Positions 9,335 to 19,949 of a stretch of 64,000 nt of DNA are shown piece after piece. A model generated the notes under the pieces. That model was not told where the DNA came from. It ran no database searches and worked only from the letters and a program-made list of their open reading frames with translations. A program made the position numbers and the translations under genes. The DNA comes from Candidatus Aminicenantales bacterium (GTDB taxonomy: Bacteria; Acidobacteriota; Aminicenantia; Aminicenantales; Saccharicenantaceae): the NCBI GenBank assembly GCA_049512315.1, contig JBEKXF010000030.1, positions 1 to 64,000 of the forward strand, written 5' to 3'. Positions within the stretch are counted from its first letter, which is position 1; each line of letters begins with the position of its first letter.

Positions 9335-10123
9335 ATGTGGATCCGATGCTTCTGGCGACGCGCCATGATCTTTTTCTTCGCCGCGGGGTTTCTGGCCGCG
9401 GCCGGATATCCGGCGCCGGCCGGCAAAGCCCGGGCGGTCTTCAAGGAAACGGCCCACGATTTCGGCAAGGTCAGGCAGGCGGACGTCCTGACCCAGGAGT
9501 TCGTCTTCAAGAACGAAGGGGACGCGACGCTCGTCGTCGAGCGGGTCGAGACGACCTGCGGCTGCACGGCGGCCCTGGCTTCCGCGGACAAGATCGGCCC
9601 TGGGAAAGAGGGACGGATCAAGGTCAGCCTCGATACCCACGGCTACGCGGGCCGGATGACGCGCTTCGTCTACCTCGTCTCGAACGACGCGGACAATTCG
9701 CGCCGGGAGCTGAGCGTCACGGCCGAGGTCGAGGTCCCGCCCATGCCCAAAATCGAGCTCGACAAGTACAACATCGACCTGGGCCTGAGCCTCGAGGGCG
9801 AGGCCCCGTCGGCCAAGGTCGTGATCAGGAACGTCGGCGAGCTCGAGCTTTCGGTCGAGATGGCCCACGAGCAGGTCAAGTTCTTCGCCGGCGGGAAGGC
9901 CCTCCAGTTCCCGCTTATGATCCCGGCCGGGAGATCGGCCGAGGTCGAGTTCAGGTTCCCCCCCCAGACGAGACCTGGCTCGCTCAGGGACTACATCATC
10001 GTCAGGTCTAATGACACCTACCGCTCGACGCAGACCGTGTATTTCAGCCGCTACGTCGTCACCCGGAAGGACCTCAAAGACCTTTTCAAAAAGTATAAGG
10101 CGGTCCTGGAGGACCGGAAATAG
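9335..10123 (+). CDS. Secreted DUF1573-like Ig-fold protein
   Basis: HDFGKV...FKNEG...TTCGCT; AAGGAGG RBS; signal peptide. Confidence 0.75.
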   Translation: MWIRCFWRRAMIFFFAAGFLAAAGYPAPAGKARAVFKETAHDFGKVRQADVLTQEFVFKNEGDATLVVERVETTCGCTAALASADKIGPGKEGRIKVSLDTHGYAGRMTRFVYLVSNDADNSRRELSVTAEVEVPPMPKIELDKYNIDLGLSLEGEAPSAKVVIRNVGELELSVEMAHEQVKFFAGGKALQFPLMIPAGRSAEVEFRFPPQTRPGSLRDYIIVRSNDTYRSTQTVYFSRYVVTRKDLKDLFKKYKAVLEDRK

Positions 10124-10146
10124 GCACGGGTCGGCCCCGGGCGGAG

Positions 10147-10377
10147 ATGTCGGCGCTCCTCACGGTCAAGGTCCAGCCCCGGTCCAAAGCTCCGGGGGTG
10201 GAAAAGCTCGCCGGAGGGAAATTCCGGGTCCGCGTCCAGGCCGCGCCCGACAAGGGTCGGGCCAACCGGGAAATGATCGAGCGCCTGGCGGAATACCTGG
10301 ACATTCCGCCCTCGCGCCTGAAGATCGTCCGGGGGGAGACGTCCTCCAGTAAGTGGGTCAAGGTCGAACCGGGATGA
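10147..10377 (+). CDS. DUF167/YggU family protein
   Basis: VKVQPRS...AAPDKGRAN...IVRGETSSSK. Confidence 0.85.
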   Translation: MSALLTVKVQPRSKAPGVEKLAGGKFRVRVQAAPDKGRANREMIERLAEYLDIPPSRLKIVRGETSSSKWVKVEPG

Positions 10378-10395
10378 ACCGCCGGGCCGTGAACC

Positions 10396-11706
10396 GTGGG
10401 CATTTATAATCTCATCAGTTTTTCGGGGCTCTTCGTCCTCGCCGGCGTCGCCTGGCTCTTCTCCTCGGACCGGAAGGTCGTGAACTGGCGAGTCCTCGGC
10501 TGGGGCGTCGGCCTGCAGCTCCTCGTGGCCCTTTTTATCTTCGTCGTCCCCGCCGGGACCCAGGTCTTTCTGTGGGTCAACAACGCCGTCGCTTCCGTCC
10601 TCGACACCGCCACGGCCGGGACGAGATTCGTCTTCGGCCGGCTCGCCCTTCCGCCCGGGGCCGTGAACGAGACCGGCGAGACCTCTCTCGGCTACTTCCT
10701 GGCCTTCCAGGGGCTGCCGACCATCATTTTCTTCGCCGCCCTGCTCGGCGCCCTCTATTACCTCAGGATCATGCCCTTCTTCGTCCGCCTTTTCGCCCGG
10801 ATCTTCACGAGGCTCATGCGGATCAGCGGGGCCGAGGCCCTTTCGGTTTCCGCCAACATCTTCGTCGGGGTCGAGTCGGCCCTCGTCGTCCGCCCGCACC
10901 TCAAGGACATGACCCGCTCGGAGCTCGGCACGATCATCACGGCGGGCATGGGGACCATCGCTTCGACCGTCCTGGCGATGTACGTCATGATGCTCCAGAA
11001 GCAGATCCCGACGATCGCCGGGCACCTCGTCTCGGCATCCTTCATCTCGGCCCCGGCCTGCATCGTGATGGCCAAGCTCATCATGCCGGAGACGGGCAGG
11101 CCGCTGACGCTCGGGGTGGACGTCGAGCCCCACTACGAGCGTGAGGACAACCTGGTCATGGCCGTCATCAACGGAGCTGGGGAGGGGCTGAAGCTCCTCG
11201 GTGGCATCCTGACCCTGCTCATCGCCTTCCTGGGGATCCTGGCTCTCGTCAACCTGGGGCTCGGCGGGGCGGGCGGTCTCGTGAACGGCCTTTTCGGCTG
11301 GCACGTCAAGTGGTCGCTCGAAGCCGTCCTCGGCTACCTGTTCTACCCCCTCACTCTCGTCATGGGCGTGCCGCCGTCGGACGCCCTGACGGTCGCCAAG
11401 GTCCTCGGGGAGCGGACCGTCCTGACGGAAGTCTTCTCCTACCGGCACCTGGCCGACCTGCTGGCCGGCGGGGCCCTCCGCGACCCCCGTTCGGCCATCA
11501 TCGCCTCCTACGCCCTGTGCGGGTTCGCCCACGTGGCCTCGCTCGCCATCTTCGTCGGCGGCACGAGCGCGCTCGTCCCGACGCGCGTCCGCGACATCTC
11601 CCGGCTCGGCTTCCGGGCCCTTCTGGCGGCGACCCTGGCCTGCCTCATGACCGGCGCGGTGGCCGGGACCTTTTATACCGGCGCGTCCGTCCTCTTCGGA
11701 AAATAG
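10396..11706 (+). CDS. Concentrative nucleoside transporter (NupC/CNT family)
   Basis: AFQGLPTIIFF, ANIFVG, YALCGFAH; multiple TM segments. Confidence 0.9.
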   Translation: MGIYNLISFSGLFVLAGVAWLFSSDRKVVNWRVLGWGVGLQLLVALFIFVVPAGTQVFLWVNNAVASVLDTATAGTRFVFGRLALPPGAVNETGETSLGYFLAFQGLPTIIFFAALLGALYYLRIMPFFVRLFARIFTRLMRISGAEALSVSANIFVGVESALVVRPHLKDMTRSELGTIITAGMGTIASTVLAMYVMMLQKQIPTIAGHLVSASFISAPACIVMAKLIMPETGRPLTLGVDVEPHYEREDNLVMAVINGAGEGLKLLGGILTLLIAFLGILALVNLGLGGAGGLVNGLFGWHVKWSLEAVLGYLFYPLTLVMGVPPSDALTVAKVLGERTVLTEVFSYRHLADLLAGGALRDPRSAIIASYALCGFAHVASLAIFVGGTSALVPTRVRDISRLGFRALLAATLACLMTGAVAGTFYTGASVLFGK

Positions 11707-11763
11707 CCGCCCCCTGGGACGATCCCGCCCGGCCGATCGTCTTTCCCTCAGGAAGGTTGAGGC

Positions 11764-12867
11764 GTGAAAGACCGGACGCTCCTTTGGCTGGCTTTTCACC
11801 TGGTTTTCCTGGCCTCGCCGGGGGCGGGCCGGAGGGCGCTCGGGCGCTTCCACGATGTCGGGGACATCTTCCTCGCCCGGCCCCCGGACCTCGCAGGCCT
11901 GGGACTCCCGGAGGACGCCATCCGGGCCATCCGGAGCGGGGAAGTCCTGGCCGGCGCGGAGCGCGAACTGGAAATTGTCCGCCGAAAGGCGTATACTCTT
12001 TTGACTTTAGAGGACCCCGGTTATCCGAGGTATCTCCGAGAAATATTCGACGCGCCGCCCGTGCTCTACTGCGCGGGGCGGCCGGAGGTTCTTGAAGATC
12101 CCGCGGTGGCCGTCGTGGGATCGAGGCGGCCCACGCCTTACGGGCGGGCCTTGGCCGAGAAGCTGGCCGGAGAGCTGGCGTCCCGCGGCTGCGCCATCGT
12201 GAGCGGCCTGGCGGTCGGGATCGACGCCTGCGCCCACTGGGGAGCCATCAGAAACGGGAGGACGATCGCCGTGTTGGGCTCGGGACTGGACGTTCTGTAT
12301 CCGAGTGTGAACAGGGGCCTGGCCGAGAAGGTCATGGAGCGGGGAGCGGTCCTGACGGAGTTCCCGCTGGGGACCCAGCCCCTCCAGAGGAACTTCCCGA
12401 TCCGGAACAGGATCATCAGCGGCCTCGCCCTCGGGCTCGTGGTCGTCGAGGCCGCCGAACGGAGCGGCTCGCTGATCTCCGCCAGCTTCGCCCTTGACCA
12501 GGGCCGGGAGGTCATGGCGGTCCCGGGAAGCGTCATGTCGGAGCTCAGCCGGGGGACGAACGGCCTGATCAAGGCGGGCGCCGGGCTCGTCGAAACGTGG
12601 GAGGACGTGGCCGGAGGGCTGCCGTCGCCCTGGCGGGAGAAACTCCTTGCGCAAAGGGAAGAGAAGGCGGACAATAATCGGGATTCTCTGACCGAGGAAG
12701 AGGGCCGGTTGATGAAAGAGCTGCCTGCGGACGGGGCCGTTCACGTCGACGAGCTGGCGGATCGGACGGCCCTTCCCGTCGCCGGGCTGCTGGCGCTCCT
12801 GCTCGGGCTCGAGCTCCGGGGACTCGTCGTCCAGCACCCGGGCAAACTGTTTCAGAGGAGTATATAA
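11764..12867 (+). CDS. dprA: DNA-processing protein DprA
   Basis: VVGSR, VSGLAVGIDACAH, NFPIRNRIISGL, SGSLISA. Confidence 0.95.
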   Translation: MKDRTLLWLAFHLVFLASPGAGRRALGRFHDVGDIFLARPPDLAGLGLPEDAIRAIRSGEVLAGAERELEIVRRKAYTLLTLEDPGYPRYLREIFDAPPVLYCAGRPEVLEDPAVAVVGSRRPTPYGRALAEKLAGELASRGCAIVSGLAVGIDACAHWGAIRNGRTIAVLGSGLDVLYPSVNRGLAEKVMERGAVLTEFPLGTQPLQRNFPIRNRIISGLALGLVVVEAAERSGSLISASFALDQGREVMAVPGSVMSELSRGTNGLIKAGAGLVETWEDVAGGLPSPWREKLLAQREEKADNNRDSLTEEEGRLMKELPADGAVHVDELADRTALPVAGLLALLLGLELRGLVVQHPGKLFQRSI

Positions 12868-15180
12868 GTGGGAAAGTCACTCGTCATCGTTGAGTCCCCG
12901 GCCAAGGCCAAGACCGTCAACCATTACCTCGGCGAAGAATACATCGTCAAGGCGTCCATGGGGCACGTCCGCGACCTGCCGGAAAAAAAGCTGGGGGTCG
13001 ACGTCCAGGCGGACTTCCAGCCGACCTACCAGGTCATCCCCGAAAAGAAAAAGATCGTGGCCGAGCTCAAGAAGGCGGCCAAAGCCAGCGACCGGGTCAT
13101 CCTGGCGGCCGACCCGGACCGCGAGGGCGAGGCCATTTCCTGGCACCTCAGCCAGCTCATCCAGGAGGACAACCCCCACATCTCACGGGTCGTGTTCCAT
13201 GAGATCACCAAGGAAGGTATCGAGGAGGCCTTCAAGAACCTGGGCGGGCTTGATGAGAACCTGATCCAGGCCCAACAGACGCGCCGCATCCTGGACCGGC
13301 TCGTCGGCTATCTCATCAGCCCCCTGCTCTGGAAGAAGATCGGGAAGGGCCTGAGCGCCGGGCGCGTCCAGTCCGTGGCCCTGCGGCTGATCTGCGAGCG
13401 GGAGAAGGAGATCAAGGCCTTTGCCGCCGAGGAGTACTGGACGATCGCGGCCCAGCTCGAAGCCGAGCAGCCGCCGGCCTTCAAGGCCACCCTGGCCAAG
13501 ATCGACGGCAAGAAGACCAAGGTCAAAAACGGCGACGAGGCCCGGGCCATCGTCTCGGCCTGCGAGAAGGGCCCCTTCATCCTTGAGGGCATCAAGGTCC
13601 AGGAGAAGCGAAGGCAGCCCGGTCCGCCGTACATCACCAGCACCCTCCAGCAGGACGGCTTCCGGATCCTCCGCTTCCCGGTCAAGAGGACGATGTTCAT
13701 CGCCCAGAAGCTCTACGAGGGCCTCGAGATCGGCGAGCTCGGCCAGACCGGGCTGATCACCTACATGCGAACGGACTCGGTCCGCATCTCGGACCAGGCC
13801 AGGGCGGCAGCCAAGACCTACATCGAGCAGAAGTATTCGCCCGCTTACGTGCCGGCCAAGCCGCACCTGTTCAAGAACCCGAAGAAGTCCCAGGACGCCC
13901 ACGAGGCGATCCGGCCGGCCCACCTCGATTTCCCGCCGGACAGGGTCAAGCCGTTCCTCAAGAAAGAGGAATACGACCTCTACCGGTTGATCTGGAATCG
14001 GTTCCTCGCCTCCCAGATGGCATCGGCCGTCATCGAGGAGACGGAGTTCGACATCAGCGTCAAGCCCGCCGCCGGAGTCGCCGCCGCTTCCGGGACGCCG
14101 GGTCCGGCCTACGGATTTAAGGCGAAGGGTGAGGTCGTCAAGTTCGACGGCTTCCTCGCGGCCTACCCGAACAGCAACGGCGAGAAGGAGCTCCTGCCCA
14201 AGGCCCGAGAGGGGGAGACGCTCAAGCTCCTGGGCCTCGAATCCAAGCAGAAATTCACCGAGCCGCCCCCGCGCTATACGGAAGGGACGCTCGTCAAGGA
14301 GCTCGAATCCCGCGGCATCGGCCGGCCGAGCACCTATGCCCCCATCATCACCACGCTCCAGGACCGGACCTACGTCGTCAGGGACAAGGGAAAATTCACC
14401 CCCACCGAGCTCGGGATGTACGTCACGGACTTCCTGGTCAAGTTCTTCGCCGATCTCATGGACTATAAGTTCACGGCCCACATGGAGGAGGAGCTCGACC
14501 AGATCGGGGACGGCGAGCAGAAATGGGTCGACAGCCTGAGGGAGTACTACACTCTTCTCGAGAAGGACCTGAAGCTGGGCCAGGAGACCGAAGGGGTCAA
14601 GAGGACCGGCATCCCGACCGACGAGAAATGCCCCAAGTGTGGACAGCCTCTGGTCATCAAGGACGGCCGCTTCGGCCGGTTCAAGGCCTGTTCGGGCTAC
14701 CCGCAGTGCACGTTCCGGGAGAGCCTGAACAAGAAGGAGTCCAAGCCCCTCGACGAGAAGTGCCCCCAGTGCGGCTCGAACCTGGTCCAGAAATTCGGGA
14801 AATTCGGGCCCTTCGTCGCCTGCTCGGACTACCCCAAATGCAAGTACATCAAGAAGGAAAACGCCGAGACCGGCATCGATTGCCCCAAAGCCTGCGGGGG
14901 GAAGATCCTCCGACGCAAGACCCGGCGGGGGAAGATCTTCTACGGCTGCAGCAACTATCCCAAGTGCACGTTCGCGACCTGGGACGAGCCGGTGAACAGG
15001 CCCTGCCCGGCCTGCGGCCAGAAGTTCTTGCTCAAGAAGCATGTCATGCGCGGCGACCCGTATCTCCACTGCTGGACCGAAACATGCGCCTTCAAGGAAG
15101 TCGTGCCGGCGGAGAAGATCTGGGACAAGACCAAGAAGGACGAGAACGATCCCGGAACTGATGACCAAGGAACTCTCTGA
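12868..15180 (+). CDS. topA: DNA topoisomerase I with C-terminal Zn ribbons
   Basis: IVESPAKAKT, DPDREGEAI, SAGRVQS, ITYMRTDS, QDAHEAIRP, C4 Zn fingers. Confidence 0.98.
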   Translation: MGKSLVIVESPAKAKTVNHYLGEEYIVKASMGHVRDLPEKKLGVDVQADFQPTYQVIPEKKKIVAELKKAAKASDRVILAADPDREGEAISWHLSQLIQEDNPHISRVVFHEITKEGIEEAFKNLGGLDENLIQAQQTRRILDRLVGYLISPLLWKKIGKGLSAGRVQSVALRLICEREKEIKAFAAEEYWTIAAQLEAEQPPAFKATLAKIDGKKTKVKNGDEARAIVSACEKGPFILEGIKVQEKRRQPGPPYITSTLQQDGFRILRFPVKRTMFIAQKLYEGLEIGELGQTGLITYMRTDSVRISDQARAAAKTYIEQKYSPAYVPAKPHLFKNPKKSQDAHEAIRPAHLDFPPDRVKPFLKKEEYDLYRLIWNRFLASQMASAVIEETEFDISVKPAAGVAAASGTPGPAYGFKAKGEVVKFDGFLAAYPNSNGEKELLPKAREGETLKLLGLESKQKFTEPPPRYTEGTLVKELESRGIGRPSTYAPIITTLQDRTYVVRDKGKFTPTELGMYVTDFLVKFFADLMDYKFTAHMEEELDQIGDGEQKWVDSLREYYTLLEKDLKLGQETEGVKRTGIPTDEKCPKCGQPLVIKDGRFGRFKACSGYPQCTFRESLNKKESKPLDEKCPQCGSNLVQKFGKFGPFVACSDYPKCKYIKKENAETGIDCPKACGGKILRRKTRRGKIFYGCSNYPKCTFATWDEPVNRPCPACGQKFLLKKHVMRGDPYLHCWTETCAFKEVVPAEKIWDKTKKDENDPGTDDQGTL

Positions 15181-16045
15181 GTTTCTCGCCTACCTCCGGC
15201 ACGAGAGGAACGCCTCCCCCCATACTATCGCGGGCTACGAGCGGGACCTCCGCCAGCTCTCGGAGTATCTCCGGGAGAGGGAGGTCCGCTGGAACAAAGC
15301 GGGAAATGTCGTCCTTCGCGGTTTCCTGGCGACCCTCCACGAGAAAAAGCAGAAAAAATCGACCATCGGCCGCAAGCTCGCCGCCATGCGGTCTTTCTAC
15401 GACTTCTGCCTGAGGAAAAAATGGGTCGCCGAGAACCCCGCCAAGGTCCTGGCGACCCCGAAGCAGGACAAGCCGGTCCCCTCTTTTCTGTCCGAGGAGG
15501 AGATGGCCGGCCTCCTCGACCTGCCGACATCGGACAAACCCATCGACCTCCGCGACCGGGCTCTCCTGGAGCTCTGTTACGCGACGGGGACCCGGGTGAG
15601 CGAGCTCGTCGGGATCGACGTCGGCGACATCCATCTCGATGAGCGGCTCGTCCGCGTCCGTGGCAAGGGGAAAAAAGAGCGGCTCGTCCCCTTCGGCCGG
15701 AAAGCGGCCGTGACGCTCCAGGCCTACTTTCGCGCTCGGCCCCTGCTCCTCCAGGACCGGATGGGGGAGCCGGCCGTTTTCCTCAATTACCGCGGTGGAC
15801 GGCTGACCACGCGGTCGGTCCAGCGGATGGTCCAGGCCCACATCCGGAGGACGGCCGTGAGCCGTAGGATCAGCCCCCACTCCATCCGGCATTCCTTCGC
15901 CTCCCACCTCCTCGGCCGCGGCGCTGACCTGCGGGTCATCCAAGAGCTCCTCGGCCACGCGAGCCTGGCCACGACCCAAAAATACACCCACGTCGACCTC
16001 AGGCAGCTCCTCGCGGTCTACAAGAAAAGCCATCCCCGGTCCTAG
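15161..16045 (+). CDS. xerC: Tyrosine recombinase XerC
   Basis: TGTRVSEL, GKGKKER, HSIRHSFASH, LLGHASLATTQKY; dprA-topA-xerC synteny. Confidence 0.9.
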   Translation: MTKELSEFLAYLRHERNASPHTIAGYERDLRQLSEYLREREVRWNKAGNVVLRGFLATLHEKKQKKSTIGRKLAAMRSFYDFCLRKKWVAENPAKVLATPKQDKPVPSFLSEEEMAGLLDLPTSDKPIDLRDRALLELCYATGTRVSELVGIDVGDIHLDERLVRVRGKGKKERLVPFGRKAAVTLQAYFRARPLLLQDRMGEPAVFLNYRGGRLTTRSVQRMVQAHIRRTAVSRRISPHSIRHSFASHLLGRGADLRVIQELLGHASLATTQKYTHVDLRQLLAVYKKSHPRS

Positions 16046-16132
16046 AACGCGGGCCGGCCCCGACAACCGGAGTTTCCCCCGCCTCGCCTGCCGGTCCACT
16101 TCCATTGACGCGCGGCTCCGGACGGCAGTTTA

Positions 16133-16188
16133 TAACTTATTGTAATAAAACATGATAGAAACACGGCGGGCCTGGCACCGCGTTTGCA
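16133..16188 (+). promoter_or_regulatory. sigma54 -24/-12 promoter with an upstream IHF-like site
   Basis: TGGCAC-CGCGT-TTGCA at 16173-16188; AT-rich TAACTTATTGTAA at 16133-16145. Confidence 0.7.
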
Positions 16189-16216
16189 CTCTTCCTCGGC
16201 GAAAGGAGGTCTCATC

Positions 16217-16528
16217 ATGACCGCAAAAACCAACAAGGGATTGGCCGCGGGATTGGCCGCGGCGCTCCTCATCCTGTCCGTGTCCGGTGCCTGGGCGCAG
16301 GCGAACTCGCCCAAGGCCAAAATCAACATCAACACGGCCGCTCAGGCCGAGCTCGAGACCCTGCCGAGGATCGGGCCCAAGGTGGCCCAGAGGGTCATCG
16401 ATTACCGGAACCAGAACGGGAGCTTCAAGAAGGTCGAGGACATCATGAAGGTCAAGGGGATCGGCGAGAAGATCTTCGCTCAGATCAAGGATCTCATCAC
16501 CGTCGGCCCGGAAAACCAGGTCAAGTGA
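16217..16528 (+). CDS. comEA: ComEA-like helix-hairpin-helix DNA receptor
   Basis: Signal peptide; ININTA...LPRIGPKVAQRVIDYR...VKGIGEK; AAGGAGGT RBS. Confidence 0.9.
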   Translation: MTAKTNKGLAAGLAAALLILSVSGAWAQANSPKAKININTAAQAELETLPRIGPKVAQRVIDYRNQNGSFKKVEDIMKVKGIGEKIFAQIKDLITVGPENQVK

Positions 16529-16593
16529 GCAAAGGAGGAGGTCCCCCTCCTCCTCCTCCTCCAGCCGCGGGAAGGGGTTCGGAGCCGCCCCTC

Positions 16594-17199
16594 TCAATCC
16601 TTGATATGGACGGCCAGGAATTTCTTGAGCTTCCGCAGGGCCCGGCCCCGGTGGCTGACCTCGTTTTTCTCTCCGGGTCCGAGCTCGGCGAACGTCTTCC
16701 GGAGCGGGGGATAGTAAAAGAGAGGGTCGTAGCCGAAGCCGTTCCGGCCTCGTAGGGTCTGGGCGATCCGCCCGCGGACCCCGCCGCGGATCTCACGGAT
16801 GACCCGGCCGTCCTTGGCGAGGACCATGGCGCAGGAAAATCCGGCGCCCCGGTCCTTCCCGGGAACGCCGCGGAGACGGCGAAGGACCTTGCGGATGTTC
16901 CTGTCATCTGTCGGCTTGGGAGAGGAGAAGCGCGCCGACCGGATGCCCGGTGCCCCGCCTAGAGCATCGATCTCGAGGCCCGAATCCTCGGCCAGGGTCA
17001 GGCCATTCCATTTCCGGCTGTAGAAGAGGCTCTTGGCCCGGGCGTTTTCGAGGAACGACGCTCCGCGCTCCCGGAACGAGAGGCCCGGCAGGACGTCCCC
17101 GAGGCCCAGGACACGTAGAGGCAGGCCCTTCAGGGCCTCGCGGATCTCCCGGACCTTGCCCTGGTTAGTCGTGGCCAGGAGGAGAGAGGTCTCACTCAA
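16594..17199 (-). CDS. rdgB: Non-canonical purine NTP pyrophosphatase (RdgB/HAM1)
   Basis: ATTNQGKVRE, EDSGL, GFGYDPLF, KNEVSHRGRA. Confidence 0.95.
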   Translation of the reverse strand: MSETSLLLATTNQGKVREIREALKGLPLRVLGLGDVLPGLSFRERGASFLENARAKSLFYSRKWNGLTLAEDSGLEIDALGGAPGIRSARFSSPKPTDDRNIRKVLRRLRGVPGKDRGAGFSCAMVLAKDGRVIREIRGGVRGRIAQTLRGRNGFGYDPLFYYPPLRKTFAELGPGEKNEVSHRGRALRKLKKFLAVHIKD

Positions 17200-17839
17200 T
17201 CTTCAGCTCTTCGATGTCGGCCAGGTCGAACAGGCCCTGGTTGAATTCCTGCTCTTTTTCTTCGGAGGCTGAAAAGAAGAAAGTCACGATGAAGGACTTG
17301 GCCTCTTCCTTCAGGCTTATCTTTTCGAGCCGGATTCCGTGATGGAGGGCGAGCTTGCGGAGGCTCGATAGGATGTAGGGCCTCTGCTTGAACTTGACGT
17401 GGTATTGGAACTGGGACTTTCGAAGGTAGGACTCCTCGACCCGCCGGAAGAGGATCAGGGTAGCGATGGTCATGGCGGTGAAGATGAGCGCCGGCACGTA
17501 GTAGCCGGCCCCGATCACGAGCCCCAGACCGGCCACGAGCCAGAGGGTCGAGGCGGTGGTCAGCCCGGCGATGGTGCCTCGGGCGTGGAGGATGGTTCCG
17601 GCCCCGAGGAACCCGATCCCGGTGATGACCCCGGCCGCCATCCGGACCAGGGTGTCGGTCGTCCCGCCTTTGGCCTGGATGAGGAGGACCGCCAGGGTCA
17701 TCATCATGGCGGACCCGACGCAGACGAGGATGTTCGTCCGGAACCCCGCCGGCTTCTGGCTAGCCTCGCGCTCGAGGCCGATCAGCCCGCCCAGGGCGAT
17801 GGCCAGGACCAGTTTCAGGATGACTTCGATGATCTCCAT
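17192..17839 (-). CDS. MgtC/SapB family membrane protein
   Basis: IGLERE...AGFRT, GIGFLGAG, GLTTASTLW. Confidence 0.9.
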   Translation of the reverse strand: MEIIEVILKLVLAIALGGLIGLEREASQKPAGFRTNILVCVGSAMMMTLAVLLIQAKGGTTDTLVRMAAGVITGIGFLGAGTILHARGTIAGLTTASTLWLVAGLGLVIGAGYYVPALIFTAMTIATLILFRRVEESYLRKSQFQYHVKFKQRPYILSSLRKLALHHGIRLEKISLKEEAKSFIVTFFFSASEEKEQEFNQGLFDLADIEELKIE

Positions 17840-17904
17840 GGGCTCTCCCTTCAGGAAGGCTCGCGGACGCGGCTCGGGACGTTCCTCTCAGCTCCCTTTT
17901 TTAG

Positions 17905-19341
<1,437 letters not shown>

Positions 19342-19382
19342 GGTTGTGATCCGGCGGGTTTGACACCGCTCAAAAAAACTTC

Positions 19383-19432
19383 TTGACAAGCCTTTTTTTT
19401 CATGTTAAATGACTTAGTCTATTGACTTAGTC
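19383..19432 (+). promoter_or_regulatory. Promoter and tandem operator upstream of the Rrf2 gene
   Basis: TTGACA at 19383; TGACTTAGTC at 19410-19419 and again at 19423-19432. Confidence 0.6.
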
Positions 19433-19451
19433 GACAAAGCGAGGCGCTCCG

Positions 19452-19898
19452 ATGAGGCTTTCGACCAAAGGCGAATACGCCAGCCGGGCCATGCTCGAAC
19501 TTTCGCTCCGGTTCGAGGACGGCCCCCTCCATGTCCGGGAGATCGCCAAGGCCCAGAACATCCCCCTCCACTTCCTCCAGCAGATCCTTCTTCTCCTCAA
19601 GCGGGCCGGCTATCTAAAGAGCCGGAAAGGTCAGAAAGGCGGCTATGCCCTGGCCAAGCCGCCTTCAGCCATCAACGTGGCCGAGGTTATCCGGGTGATG
19701 GACGGCCCCCTGGCCCCCATCGACTGCGTCAGCGTCATGGCCCACGAGACCTGCCCTATGGAAGGCACGTGCGGCCTGCGCTGGCTGTGGAAGGACGTCC
19801 GGGATTCCGTGGCGGGGATCCTGGAGCAGACGACGTTCGCCGACCTGGTCAAGAAGAGCAAAGTTCCGGGCGGGGGCAGGAAAAAGCGGGGGATTTGA
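19452..19898 (+). CDS. Rrf2-family transcriptional regulator (IscR/CymR-like, three Cys)
   Basis: MRLSTKGEYA, SRKGQKGGYAL, DGPLAPIDC...C...C. Confidence 0.92.
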   Translation: MRLSTKGEYASRAMLELSLRFEDGPLHVREIAKAQNIPLHFLQQILLLLKRAGYLKSRKGQKGGYALAKPPSAINVAEVIRVMDGPLAPIDCVSVMAHETCPMEGTCGLRWLWKDVRDSVAGILEQTTFADLVKKSKVPGGGRKKRGI

Positions 19899-19949
19899 GT
19901 GAGACGCAGGCGCTCCGGATTCCGATCCCTGATGAAAAGAGAAAAAACA

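Noticed and set aside
15161..16045. Tyrosine recombinase as a possible mobile-element integrase
   Set aside because: XerC length and motifs in the dprA-topA-xerC housekeeping context; no att sites or cargo
16535..16562. GGAGGAGG/(TCC)n tract between comEA and rdgB
   Set aside because: Short simple repeat or hairpin between convergent genes; no U-tract; no evidence of a coding or array role
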